A DNA stretch of 62,186 nucleotides, counting the filler, from Sphacelaria rigidula (lineage: Eukaryota), in assembly GCA_964200075.2 (NCBI GenBank). It is 8 parts of 8 records of this genome, joined end to end, with 100 filler letters (N's around TTAATTAATTAA, not from the genome) between each part and the next. Parts side by side here need not be neighbours in the genome. Positions count along the whole stretch, not along the records: positions 23,360 to 31,045 come from CAXNAA020013794.1; positions 31,146 to 38,831 come from CAXNAA020013795.1; 6 more parts are not named here. One strand, written 5' to 3'. A model generated the notes under the pieces. The model was given only the letters and a program-made list of their open reading frames with translations. It was not told where the DNA came from and did not search any database. Shown piece after piece: positions 23,260 through 35,076 of this stretch. How positions within the stretch are numbered: position 1 is the stretch's first letter; each line of letters opens with the position of its first letter. The translations under genes were made by a program, and so were the position numbers.

Positions 23260-24749
23260 NNNNNNNNNNNNNNNNNNNNNNNNNNNNNNNNNNNNNNNNN
23301 NNNTTAATTAATTAANNNNNNNNNNNNNNNNNNNNNNNNNNNNNNNNNNNNNNNNNNNNAATATTGGCATCTACTGTAGCAGATTCTATTGCGATAGCAA
23401 TAGATGTCGTCTATTGTCCAGGGTGTGGAGGGTAATGAGTGACCGGGGTGTTGCATTAGAAATGGAAGAGGAAAATAATCTATTGTAGGAGGCTGTGGGT
23501 GTGGTGGGGGTCGGCCAGGCCCCCGTGAAAGACAAGGAGGGGCGATCTAAGAAGGTACGAGAGAGAGTGTGTGGACGAGTTGTCCATACCGGAGTCCACA
23601 AAATGTATTGGATGAACACAGGACCTTGGGAAGAGGGTGGTACTGGAGTGTCATCACGGATGTTTGGTTCACATACATAGTACAGGGTGGGGTCGGATGA
23701 TGTACAGTCAACACCCAGGCTGGGCACAAAAACAATGTGCTGCATGGTGAGCATATTGTGAGACAGCAAGAGACGGTCAACATTAGCTACTGAAGAATAC
23801 AAGGCCGGCGGTACATGCAGCGGGGGGGGTGTAGCGAAAGGATGCACGCTGGTACAGTGCCAGTGGTGGTAGAAAAGAGTTGGTTTCTGATAATGTACGG
23901 GCAGCTCATGTGGGAAAAAATGTAATGGGGCAGGAGAGTCACGGTATAAATTGGACTCTACATGGTGACTCGCATCCGCTACAGAGTAGATGGGTATCAT
24001 TACTGGGGCGGTTGCCACAGATAGGCAGCTGAGACGAGCAGGTAAGGATGGCGGGGGGGCAAGTGCTATTGCTCGCGTACGTTCGCGTCGGAGTCGGCGC
24101 AGGGTGCGAGCGTCTAGTGTATCAGAGGCCCTTGAACTCATCTTGCCAGGGATAGAGGACGGAGTAACAACTACAGACGGCTAGACGATGAACAAAAAAG
24201 AGAGACGCGCATGCAAGGCACACAGTGGTAGTGTAGTGTACAGGGCAGCTCGGCAGTCTGAACACAACGTAACTAAAAACAAAAGTACAGCAGAGGCAAT
24301 GCGGGAGCTCCAACTGTGATGTGATAGAGGGTGAAAGCACCTTGAGAAGGGTGTAATAGTGTTCACCAAGATTGTTCCAGGTTCAGACCTTTGCGTACGC
24401 TGTTTGTTTACTCAGCTCAGCAGCGCGGGCTGACCACAGCCGCTCTCGTGTTGCTTTCACACAAGGAGACAACAAGCAAATAATACAGACCAGAATAGCA
24501 CTTTTATCACGCAACTGATTGTATCCAAATTCATCTACAGAACAGGGAGATACAACACAAATCAATATAAGCCAAAACCGAAATCAACAAAACACACCAG
24601 ACAAAACAGCAGCCCGACCACTGCTCTCATCTCTGGGACTCACTTTCTCGCGGTTTGTAGATACTCCAATGAGGAACTGTTGGGTCGCAGCCAAAACTGG
24701 AAATGAAAAGAGAGTGGGGTCGTAGAGGCTGCTATTTCAAACGTGTTTT

Positions 24750-26850
24750 GCCGCCCCCTAAGTCAACATAAGCTGAGGTGATACCATATATCCAAAAGCC
24801 GTGCTCCTCAATTCATGCCATGGTTGGGTCACCATCTTTTTTCGAATTCAAATACATGCTCTCCGTAGAACGTCAACCTCAAGGGGCAGCGAAGTCTCCG
24901 CTAATTCAACATGAAAATGTCCATCATTCAATGTCACCTTTGCCCAAGATCATGGCTACGTCCTGCAGTCACATCATATCACACCATACTCTATCGACAG
25001 TCATCCAATAGGTGAAATCGTGAAACCGCCATGTCATCACGAAGTTACTCCGATTATAATGTACAACAATGAGAGGGTACCCTACCGGTCGGGTACCTTT
25101 CCCAAGAATTGGATGCTCACCATCGTCACTTTTTCCTTCAATATAAAACATGCTTGAGCTCCGGACCCCAAAGATTGAATTTTCATCAGTTCCGAATATT
25201 TTCCGACCGATTGCTGGGCTACATATTATTAAATGGTTTCACATACAAGCAACATGCTGTTGCCAGGTGGCTGGTGCAGGTGTACGATGGCCGTTCATTA
25301 TTTCGAATCTCACACGAAGGGAGGTTCCGAGCCGGAACTTGACCCTTAGACGACGAGAGTAGGTCATCGGTTGAATCGGCATGAACTTCATTTGAAACCG
25401 GTATGCGTGATTCAGATGGACAACTCTCGCGGTCTAAGGGCTAACCCTTATGGTGAACCACGACTCCTTCCACCGTTAGTACTAGTGGCGGAGAGTGCAT
25501 GGTTCAAGGTTGTATTTTGCCTCTCTCTTGTCAATTGTGCTTCAGCATAAGCATTTTCAAGTTGGCGGTTGACCTCTTCCATGCCTATCTCACGTAGTGC
25601 CAATCAATTCCTACGTTTGTGCTCGTATTCTGACGAAAGACATCGAACAATATGCCTGTTCGCCTCAGAGTCCTCGAAAACTACATCGAATTCTGCGCGC
25701 TTCCTGCGAATGAACTGAACCCAGCGAGAGAAAATTCATCGGCAATTCACGGTCAGTCATCTGTAACGTTTGCCACTCTTACTCCAACTTGGCGTTTTCC
25801 GTGGCTGCTGGGATCCTGTAGAACTTGACGATGCAATCCCATACTTGGCTTGGGTTCGCAAGCATATCGATGTGCCTTACTAAGGGGGGATAGGTGACAT
25901 TATCGAGAACCATCTTCATGGCCCTTTTGGCTTTGTCGACAGCTGCAGTAGTTGGCGGTCTAGCTATTCATTTTGAGGCATTTTATGATTTCTTCGCAAT
26001 TGGCGATTTTCTTGAGGTCTTTTCGCTATCAACCGCTTATCACATTGGGGATCTGAAGACTTTTGTATCCCCTCCGCATTCCAAGGGAAAAATATCATCT
26101 GTACTCAATACTGAGTGACTTACGGGCTGAGCGGTCATCGGGGGTCCTGCGACGTCTCAGCCCAGATTCTCACTCCTCGGTATTTTCGGTCGATCCAGCC
26201 TGTCCCCATCATTTTTCTCAAAAGATGTACAATTTTTTTTTTTTTAAATTCGGCCTACTTCTTGCACCAGAGCGGCAAAGCTTTATTTCACGGTCAATAA
26301 CACTCTCCTGATAAACGGGGCATATACTCGTTTCGCCCGATAACACCAAGTAGCACTGACTTGGGCGCTGTGTTCTGGCGATGATCTGTTTATTATATCG
26401 AAATCTACCAACGCTAGCAATTTTGAGTTCTATCAAGTAATAGGACGCGAGGAAAACCCCCAAACCCCGCTGAATAGTTACACCGCCCACTACTGTACGT
26501 TTCCGAAATATGCTCGCAAATCTTCATCGTTTTTACGATGTATTCTGATGGGGTTGTCAACTGACAACGCGTCATAGCAATCTTCATCCTTGAAGTACGC
26601 ACACATCTGGGTGTAAAACACATCAAACCTGTCTCTGGCATAAGTGCATGTTGCAGCTTTTTCATCCCAAGGTGGTATGCCGTTTTTTGCTGCGAACACG
26701 GTGGGAATTGGGGTTTTGGAACGGTGCTCGCGGTGCTGTAGTAGCAGGCATCACTGGTGTACTGTTCATTATCTGCTGCGTTCTATTCATCTGTTCAGTT
26801 AGATGTCTCACTTGTTCTGCCACGGTCATTCGGTCCTGGTACTCTTCCAT
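24750..26850 (-). mobile_element. Ty1/copia gag(-protease) remnant, split by a MITE
   Basis: With the MITE removed the frame reads ...LRAYFGNV|AVDKAKRAMKMVLDNVTYPPLVRHIDMLANPSQVWDCIVKFY...KLE*EWQTLQMTDRE...RHIVRCLSSEYE, a UBN2/gag-like pattern. A degenerate GSGA protease-like motif lies near 25165. Confidence 0.65.
25946..26495 (+). mobile_element. Tc1/mariner-type MITE, 550 bp, copy 1
   Basis: 25-bp TIR CAGTAGTTGGCGGTCTAGCTATTCA / TGAATAGTTACACCGCCCACTACTG, with flanks TG/TA. Confidence 0.85.
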
Positions 26851-27027
26851 ATTAAAACTTAGTTAAATTGTCAACCTTGCTCAACCTTTACTCGAACTTG
26901 AAAACCTTCACACCTCTCATCCCAAAATTCTTCAAATCAAACTCTCCTCTTGCTCAAACTCTCTCCAATCTCAAACTCTACTACAAAGGCGGTAAATCCC
27001 TTCCGCTAGCGTGAGAAACCGCTCTGA

Positions 27028-27960
27028 TGCGGGGGTAATCGCCCACACGACTCAAGTGCGTGAACAGTAGTCAGCACCCTGGTTCAGGTGAATAACAGTA
27101 CAGTAGTCGGCAGTCTAACTATTCGTTTCAAGGCATTTTGTGGTTTCTTCGTGATTGGCGATTTTCTTGGGCTCTTTTCGCTTGGCACCGCTTATCACAT
27201 TGGGTATCTGAAGATATTTGTATCCGCTCCACATTCCGAGAAGAAAAACAAATGTACATAATATTGAGTGACTTACGGGCTGACCGGTTATCGGGGGTTC
27301 TGCGACGTCTCAGCCCAGATTCTCACTCTTCGGAATTTTCGGTCGATCGAGCCTGTCCCGATCATAATTCCAAAAAAACGGACAGTTTTATTTTTTTGAA
27401 ATTCGGCCTACTCATTGCACTAGAGCCGAAAAACTGTGTTTCACGGTCAATAACACCTTCCTGATGAACGGGATATTTACTCGTTTTGCCCGATAACACC
27501 AACCAGCACTGAGTTGGGCACTGTGTTCTGAGGATCATCTGTTCATTGTACCAAAATCTACCGACACTAGCAATTTCGAGTTCTTTCGAAGAGTAGAACG
27601 TGAGGAAAACCCCAAAACCCCGCTGGATAGTTAGACCGCCCACTACTGTAGTATAAAACGCGTTTTGATTACCTTTCTTCACCCTGCTTACTCGCTCAAA
27701 TTCCAATTAACCTCACTCAGTCACACAACAACACACACTCAATCTCTTTCACTCAATGTCACACTAACTCACTCACCGCACACACTTATGCAAACCCCCA
27801 GAGCAAGGCAGACAGTAGGCACCCAGAACCAGACCTGACTAACTGGCGGGGGCGACGCCTAGTTCGTTTGTCTGCGCGTGAAGTATATTGTACTCGCATA
27901 ACCTACGCCATGAGACACTGTTCCTCTGATTGGCCATGATAATGCTCCGCAACCTCAACA
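27028..27960 (-). mobile_element. Putative 5' LTR of the copia element (contains MITE copy 2)
   Basis: Minus strand TGTTGAG...CCCGCA is immediately followed by TCAGAGC, part of the tRNA-iMet PBS TGGTATCAGAGC. It lies upstream of gag. There is no second LTR to confirm it. Confidence 0.35.
27101..27648 (+). mobile_element. Tc1/mariner-type MITE, 548 bp, copy 2
   Basis: TA|CAGTAGTCGGCAGTCTAACTATTC ... GGATAGTTAGACCGCCCACTACTG|TA. Colinear with copy 1. Confidence 0.9.
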
Positions 27961-28391
27961 TGATTGATGTCTACTTATACCCCACGGTATCTTGTATCAC
28001 TCTTGTACATGACTGAGCGTGAGCATATTCAATCACAACTTGGGGGACGTTATTCATCGTTGATTTTACCCGACCTGTGACCCTGTGCATTCTCGACAAG
28101 GGCGGGCCACACGCCAGTTGGGGGGGTGTATAAGAGATCAAACACTTTTGGAGACCTTCTTGTCATGCGGAGTGAAAAATATACCTATAATGGTGACCTA
28201 ACTGTTGCTAGTGTGGCGCATGGGGTTGCCTCTATGTTGCAATCTTGAGCACACACGCACCCGCTGCGGGTGTCGCGGTGGCTTTCGATAATTCCCAAGT
28301 GAGGTCATTCATGACAAGCTGGGGTAAGATGTGTCTCACGAGGAACGAGAGCTGCGGGGAGGGTGGCTTCCCTTCCCCCGCGCCAGGTATT

Positions 28392-28613
28392 AAAGCTGTT
28401 CGAGATAAATTCCTTTTTGGCCGATTTGATTTGAATCGGGCAAAAGAGAATTCATCTCGGACATCAGGAGAAGCTATTCAAAATGAATCCTTTTCTCGCC
28501 CAATTCAAATGGGCAAAAAAAGATATTTCGAACAGCAGAAGAATCTATTCAAAATAGATAATTTTGTCGCCCATTTAAATTGGGCAAAAGAAGGATTTAT
28601 TTCGAACAGCTTT
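28392..28613. mobile_element. Small palindromic MITE-like element
   Basis: ~40-bp imperfect TIR AAAGCTGTTCGAGATAAATTCCTTTTTGGCC with internal GCCCA...TGGGC hairpin units. Confidence 0.6.
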
Positions 28614-30429
28614 TTCCGCCGCACAAATCCCATGCACACTGGCAGATTTAGAATTTGAACAGCAGAAGAAACTTGAAATGAATATTCACTTTGCCTTCCA
28701 ATTCATCCGGAAATTGGGCAAACAGAGATTTATTGCGAACAGGATCAGCTGGGCATATTCCGCATACTGCACCGTTATCAGCGTATGGGGTCCGACACGA
28801 AGAAGAAACTGTTGAAAGCAATTCATCCTCTTGCCCCCCAGTTCATGTACCAATAGGGCTACAGGATGAATTCTCAACAGCTTCGGCTGAATAGAAATCC
28901 CACACACTGCTGACGAGTGTATGTCCACGCGCCTGTGCATCGAAGCGACGCTTCCGCTGCAGGCGTGGTAAAGATGCCATTTTCATGGTATATACCTCGC
29001 ATATGAATCCACATAGTTCATTAAAACCCCGTGGTCCAGTGTCTACCAACATGACCCATGTTTAGAAAAAGTCACTTAATCAATCATGCTTTTGTTTATG
29101 GAGGTTTTTTCTTGATATTGATCGAAGGCACAAAAAATTTATTGGGTGCCAACAAAGAACAGGATAGTTCAATGGATCCTTCGTTGCTCTTCCGAGCACG
29201 AAAGCGGGAGTTCAATACCAACCGCTGCCATTTTCTGACCGTATTTTTTGCCAGTACCATACGCATGCTGTATGGTGGAGTATATTGTATGTGCGCTGTG
29301 AACACTGTACAGCATACAAACAACAATGAACAGTATTCGGGGTGACGAGACCCTGTGACCCTTACTGTGCGGCGCGAAAAAAACTACATTCCAATCCCCG
29401 CGAGAAACACTGCGAAGTTTCCCTATACTCTGTAGGAGTGCCCCACAGGGTGCTATCGGTCCACGTGTGTCATGAGCTACGTAAAATAACGAATTGAGGA
29501 CATTCAGATGCGTTGTCCGAACAACACAAAAAAATACGTGACAGTGCGATCCGAGAAGGCAAAGCACTTTCTTTGAGCAACGTCGCGGGCTCAGCATCCA
29601 GGGCTGTAGGGAGCAAGTACGGGAAACAAAAAGGCGGGGCACTTGAGCTAGCTCATGATGCGGATCGGTACACTATTACGAAGTGGTATGTGGGTAGCTC
29701 ATGACCTGTCCGACGTGTAAATGCCTTCCATACGCATTACAGTGAGTGCATTCAGAGTACTATATGTACATGTATCATTTGACATTTTTCACCACTTTTG
29801 CCGAGGTTTCTCTGGCGGCAAGGCATTTTTTCCCGCGCTTTCTTTTGCAGCGCACTAGGAAGGTTCAGCGGTACATCACCGCTTAGGTGTGAGTGTCATC
29901 TGATACCTGTGACGCGTGTTCTGGCCACCAAAAGTCGCTCAAACTGGCCCTTTCTCGCGGGGTGTCGATTACGAACCACAAAAGCCTTTTCACGATCATG
30001 GAAGACTTGAGACAAGAACCCGAACCACAAAAAAAGACTGTTGAATATGATGGAAATCTCAAAACAGGATTACGTTTGGCGGGGTATTTTCCCCCGCGTT
30101 TCTGTTTATCGCGTTGTCGTTCATTCGGGAAGCACGAACACACCGGTTATACCGCCCACGTCACGAGAACATGAGAGCAAAGCAGTTGAAACAGTTGAAC
30201 AATGCTCTGGCCTTAGTCAGCAGCAGACACAAGACCGTGCAACGGGCCGTTGGCGAGTTGAACAAGGCACAGCCGCACGGCAGCACAGGAATGTTTCACC
30301 GCAAAAAACAATCACCATGTTTTCAAAAAAGGCCGGGTGATGTGGAAGCCACGGTGATGTACGAAGAACATGCGAAGACTGTTCCACGCATTCCAATATT
30401 TCGGGAGTGCCTCCTGCTGTCATGTCTTT

Positions 30430-30750
30430 GTGGTACGAGAGCTACTTCGCACTCTGGCACCTCGGGAACAACATAAGGACTGGACGCTCGTCGGTTCTCA
30501 CGCCAACAAAAGTTGGGGCGCTGCAGAACGTTGACAAGCAGAATCGGCCATTCACGCTCCGGCACGTTCGTGATTAGTAAAAGACATCGGGCTGAATTAC
30601 GGTACGGAGACCGTGCGACGGTGGTTCAAGAAAGAAGGGGCGGCGAAGGTGGCTCGCCGCATCACACCCTCCCTTTCTCCTGCTCAAAAGCTTCGTCGAA
30701 TCGACTTCATCTGCGATCAGGTGGACTAGACGATCGGGAATTTCCTGGAC
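30430..30750 (+). pseudogene. Tc1/mariner-like transposase fragment (HTH and linker), catalytic domain absent
   Basis: RTGRSSVLT...NRPFTLRHVRD*..IGLNYGTETVRRWFKKEG...ITPSLSPAQKLRRIDFICDQVD fits the GRP...TVRR...PxLxxxxKxxRxxF pattern. Confidence 0.55.
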
Positions 30751-30934
30751 CGATCATTTTTTTCTTCTGCGTATTTCCACAATTTCGTCGGGTACTGGGG
30801 ACCAACACCGTAGCGTTCGCAAATTGGCCCCAGCGGGCCCATGAGCACCCTCACGTTGCCCGGTGGAATAGCGAGCGCGACCTCCACCGCAATCGCATAG
30901 CGGCGATCCAAATGTAGCTGGCCACCCGTACGGC

Positions 30935-30935
<1 letters not shown>

Positions 30936-30968
<33 letters not shown>

Positions 30969-31016
30969 CGGGGGGGCAAAAGGGTGGGTGGGGGGGGGGG
31001 GGGGGGGGGGGGGGGG
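30936..31016 (+). repeat. ~80-bp poly(G) tract near a contig end
   Basis: Direct reading. Confidence 0.85.
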
Positions 31017-31145
31017 TGTGAAACAAACAATTTCAAAAATAGTTTNNNNNNNNNNNNNNNNNNNNNNNNNNNNNNNNNNNNNNNNNNNNTTAATTAATTA
31101 ANNNNNNNNNNNNNNNNNNNNNNNNNNNNNNNNNNNNNNNNNNNN

Positions 31146-34100
31146 TCGATGTAGATTGTACCGTGTCTGATTCGAGTCCACGATTATGTACGATGCACGA
31201 TGCGGCAACTGACAGGGGATATGCCGAACGCCAAAAGATCATGGCAGTTCTCGTGGAGGGACAGTTCGTGGAGTTCTTCCTGGCACCTCAGACCGTCGGA
31301 GGCGGTGAGTTCGAGTACGGTGCTCGTGTTCTGCAGTTGCCGAATCATACCGTGAGGCGGTCGTCGGCATGGTTCGTTCGCATCTCGAACTTTTTATAGC
31401 GTAGTATCGCCGCCCACACAATTCGAAGTAAGTACCTGTTCGTATGCCGTAGTCTGTTCGTCCGATACTTCTACCGCCGAGGCGCGTGGTTCCGTACAGC
31501 ACACTGCCCCACAGTCCACAACAACATTTATTCCACAAACATAACGAACATCGCACGCTGTCCATCCCGCCATACCGCCATCACCTTGCCGTGACCTTGT
31601 TTCGCAGGCAGCAATCTTATATGCACCTCCATCCACCGGGCACTGACGCGACTGTTCGACACGCACTGCAGCGCCGGCACCCCAGCGTACATCGAAGAAC
31701 TATACGCCCAATTCGACAACTGCGTGGGGGGAAACAAGAATCACATCGTCTTAACGTACCTGGGTTCTCTGGTGACTCGAAGCATCATCGGACGGGTTGA
31801 GGTCAATTTCATGATGGTTGGACATACCCATATCATGATCGACCAGGTCTTCTCGAGGTGTGTACAAAGATGTGTGCGTCGAAATTGAAGATCGGTATCG
31901 AATTGAAGAACAAATCGTGATCAGGACAGTCGATCATGCGCACGGACGTGAAAGACGGAGAAGCCGACATTGGTCGATTCGGATCGAAATCTAGAACAGA
32001 TAATCGATTGTTTACATTCCCTGGCCTGCTCGTGGCGGGGCTACTGTCTTTTTATTTTCAGCTGTCTTAGAGTGCCCTCTTACGGTTCTGTTTGGTTTTT
32101 TTTTTACTATGTGGGTGCCTGTTTCTCGAGAGGCTCAAAGGAAGCAATGAGAACCCTTTTGCAAGGCACAGCAGGGATGGTATTGGCAAGACTAGCGCAC
32201 GTCTGTGGTGAGGGACCTCCGACAGCAACGCATGATTGCGAAATAAAAAATGCGACTGGATCATCCGGCTGTGATGTATGGCCTTGCTCATCCCACGGTT
32301 AGGCCCCGACCCTAACCGTAACTCTAACCCCAATGAGATGGAGGGTTCCTACAAATTCACCCCTGCCGTGGGATCACTCAGTAAACCTTTGTAATTTACC
32401 GCGCTAATGCATCTTGGCACTTGGGCTGGGAATCGGCTGTAACTTCCAACCTAGATAGAAATATTCAGGACCGAGACCGGGGTTGGGTTCGTATTCGCAA
32501 AACCTCCCTCTTCCTATCTTGAACGAGGTCTAAGGCATCAAGTCACAGAATATATGGACGAAACTCCCGGCAATTAAAAAATACGAAATAAAAACCCGGA
32601 GCACATCCTGCAAATAATGCCGTTACGCGGGTGGTCGTTTCCGATGTCAAATTATGTGCGGTATCAGTACGACTCTCGCAGGGGTAAGAAGATGAGGTGA
32701 CACTGTAATGCGTGAGAGGACCGCGTGCTTAGAGGACCGCATCGGAATTTGAACACCACTATGGTTGGGGTTAGGGTTAGGGTTAGTGTTGGGGTTAGGG
32801 TTAGGGTTAGTGTTGGGGTTAGGATCAGGGGCGTGGTACCTGCAGGGACTGACCCAATTGGTTTCGAAAAACGTCGATCCTGAGGTGTTTTGAACTACGG
32901 CGCGGTCCTCTAAGCACGCGGTCCTCTCACGCATTACAATACAGTACATGAGCGTCCACACATATCTCGATATCACGAGTTATTTTGGAAATTGAAGGGC
33001 CAGTGTGTAGGTGGAAGTATGTGATCGATGACCACATTTGGTACTTAATTACCACTGTTTAACAGGATTGCCGTACACAGCAAGGGCTCTTGCCTGTTCA
33101 CAAGACAACAGCAGGCAGAGGCCTTCAGTGCTGCGTACACGAGACTGCCCGTCTACACCACCACTCTCCGTTCCTTGGGCAACTTCAAAGGGGCCCTGAC
33201 AGACGGCGGTCGCGTGTTTCCCATCGTTGGCATAACGTCGCCGCGGTCGTTCGAGATCTGGCCTGCGGGGCCAGCTCAGGTCAGCGTTGGTATGAAACAG
33301 TACATGCACAAGCCCGACTTCACCGGGATGACGGCTCCCGGTGTCTTCGAAGGCCCCCCACACTTACTTTTCCGAGCGGGTGTCCCAGATATGGAGTTAG
33401 CACCTCCCTTCAACCTGAAAGTCGTCGATGCAGTCGCACGGGCATGCGTCCTGGCTCGCTACAATGCCGTGCACTGTCACCTGGCGTCCCTCTACCCCCT
33501 AGATGCGCGTACACCGGAGATTCCCCGTCTTTATATTGTGCAGCACCAACTATCCTCGTGTGATCGCACGTGCACGGTTTTTGCTGTCGTGCCCCACCTT
33601 CTTGTTATAATTGTTCCGCTTGACGCATCCGCGACTTTAGTAACCGGTGCTGATGTAGTCCTTGGTCGGTGGTCTCACGATGTGCTCGAACCCCAAGTCT
33701 GTACCCGCTGTACGGTACTATGTCAAAAGGGTGTAATATTTCGAAGGCTCGTTATCCTCTGTCCTCTCAGCACATGTTAATTGTTTTCGTGAAAAAAATG
33801 GCCCTTAGAGATGGACGACACCCCCAACGGAAGGTAGACAGCGAGGCTGAGGGCAACCAAAGTACCCAAGAGTACAAGGGGATAGGGAAAGTGGGCTTTG
33901 TCTTCACTCAAAATGGCGTCTGTGCGTTACCCCGGGGCACTCAAAGTTGCAGTTGAGGGCCTGTTTGCGGAGGGTTCAGTGCTGACAGTTTCATTTGCAA
34001 ATAGGGCGGTCGGGGTAGACCTGCCGTCTTCTGTTCAAACAGTTTTGTTTTTGTTTTCGTCGACTACGTACGAGTGTGTACTTTTGCGCGCATCGTGTTA

Positions 34101-35066
34101 CGGAAGAGGCAGGCCGCAAAAGTCAGCAACCTCTATTCCAGTTTGCGTATTTATATTTTTTCCTGCTTGGTCTAGTTATGAGTTTGTTACCAACCCTTTT
34201 TTTAACGGTTTGTATACGATTGTCCTTCACTTTCCTCCAACGAGTGTCCCCGTCCCGGTGGTCGATAATGTTACCACGGCTCGATTGCTGGGGGATCACT
34301 TGCTGCGCGGCGATCAATTAAACAATCATCTTGCCGAATCAAAACCACGAGGAGGTCGCACACGGGCCGCCCCTGATCCCATCAGACCGAACGCGTGCTC
34401 GCAGATTTGGAGAGGCAGTAGACAATCAAAAACGAAATGGCTACCTCTCACAGACTACTCGGCGCAAAGGGCTCCGTGCCTCGGAATCTTCCTTGCCACT
34501 GGCTGCGGCGCAACGACGTGCAGCCAGCCGAAGGGGCGGCGGAGGAGGACACGGGGACAGAAGAATGTAGTTTCGGCGATCGGTCGGATAGGGAGCTGGA
34601 TTCTTTTGTTAATGATACCTCGGGGGGTGTCGTTCAGCACTCCGAGGTGTGTGGGCAGGGTGGGGCGGGTACCAGCGGTGGCGCCGTCCCTGGTGAACAA
34701 ACCGACATTCCCTCATTCGTGAAGGGAGACTTCGCTTTCTTCCTCGCCGACGAAGCCCCGTTTTTGGTGGGCAAGGTGATCGACGTACGGGAGACTGTCG
34801 GCAGTGAGGCCGACGTTCAGGTTCGCTGATGGTCACCGGCGACCTCCAAAGCTCGCAGCGGCGCGGCTGATTACAGCATCAGAGAATACGGGAAGGGGAA
34901 GCTTACCGAAGACTACAGAACCACAGAAAGTTGTGACGGGGCTGGGGTCGACACTACCAGCAGAAAGCGCAAGTTGACCCCGGACGTGGAGTGGATGGCA
35001 TCAGGTTTGGTCACGGCTTCATGTCGACGACTCGATTCCGGGGCCAAGATTCCAAAGGGGTATTGA
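31146..35066 (+). pseudogene. Spliced Sola-like (DUF7869-type) DDD transposase pseudogene
   Basis: Phase-compatible exons <31146-31304, 31608-31857 and 33066-~33500 give QKIMAVLVEG...GG|GSNLICTSIHRAL...LYAQFDNCVGGNKNHIVLTYLGSLV...VNFMMVGHTHIMIDQVFSR|IAVH. A C-terminal GDFAFF...PFLVGKV...VQVR*W segment lies at ~34720-34830. One frameshift near 31697. Confidence 0.75.
32704..32938. mobile_element. MITE with perfect 37-bp TIRs carrying TTAGGG repeats
   Basis: TGTAATGCGTGAGAGGACCGCGTGCTTAGAGGACCGC at 32704-32740 is the exact reverse complement of 32902-32938. Internal 32763-32823 is a TTAGGG/TTGGGG/TTAGTG array. Confidence 0.9.
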
Positions 35067-35076
35067 ACGAAATCAT

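Noticed and set aside
29780-35066. One long transposase gene joining the mariner-like HTH to the Sola-like core
   Set aside because: The two parts are separated by an artificial spacer and belong to different superfamilies.
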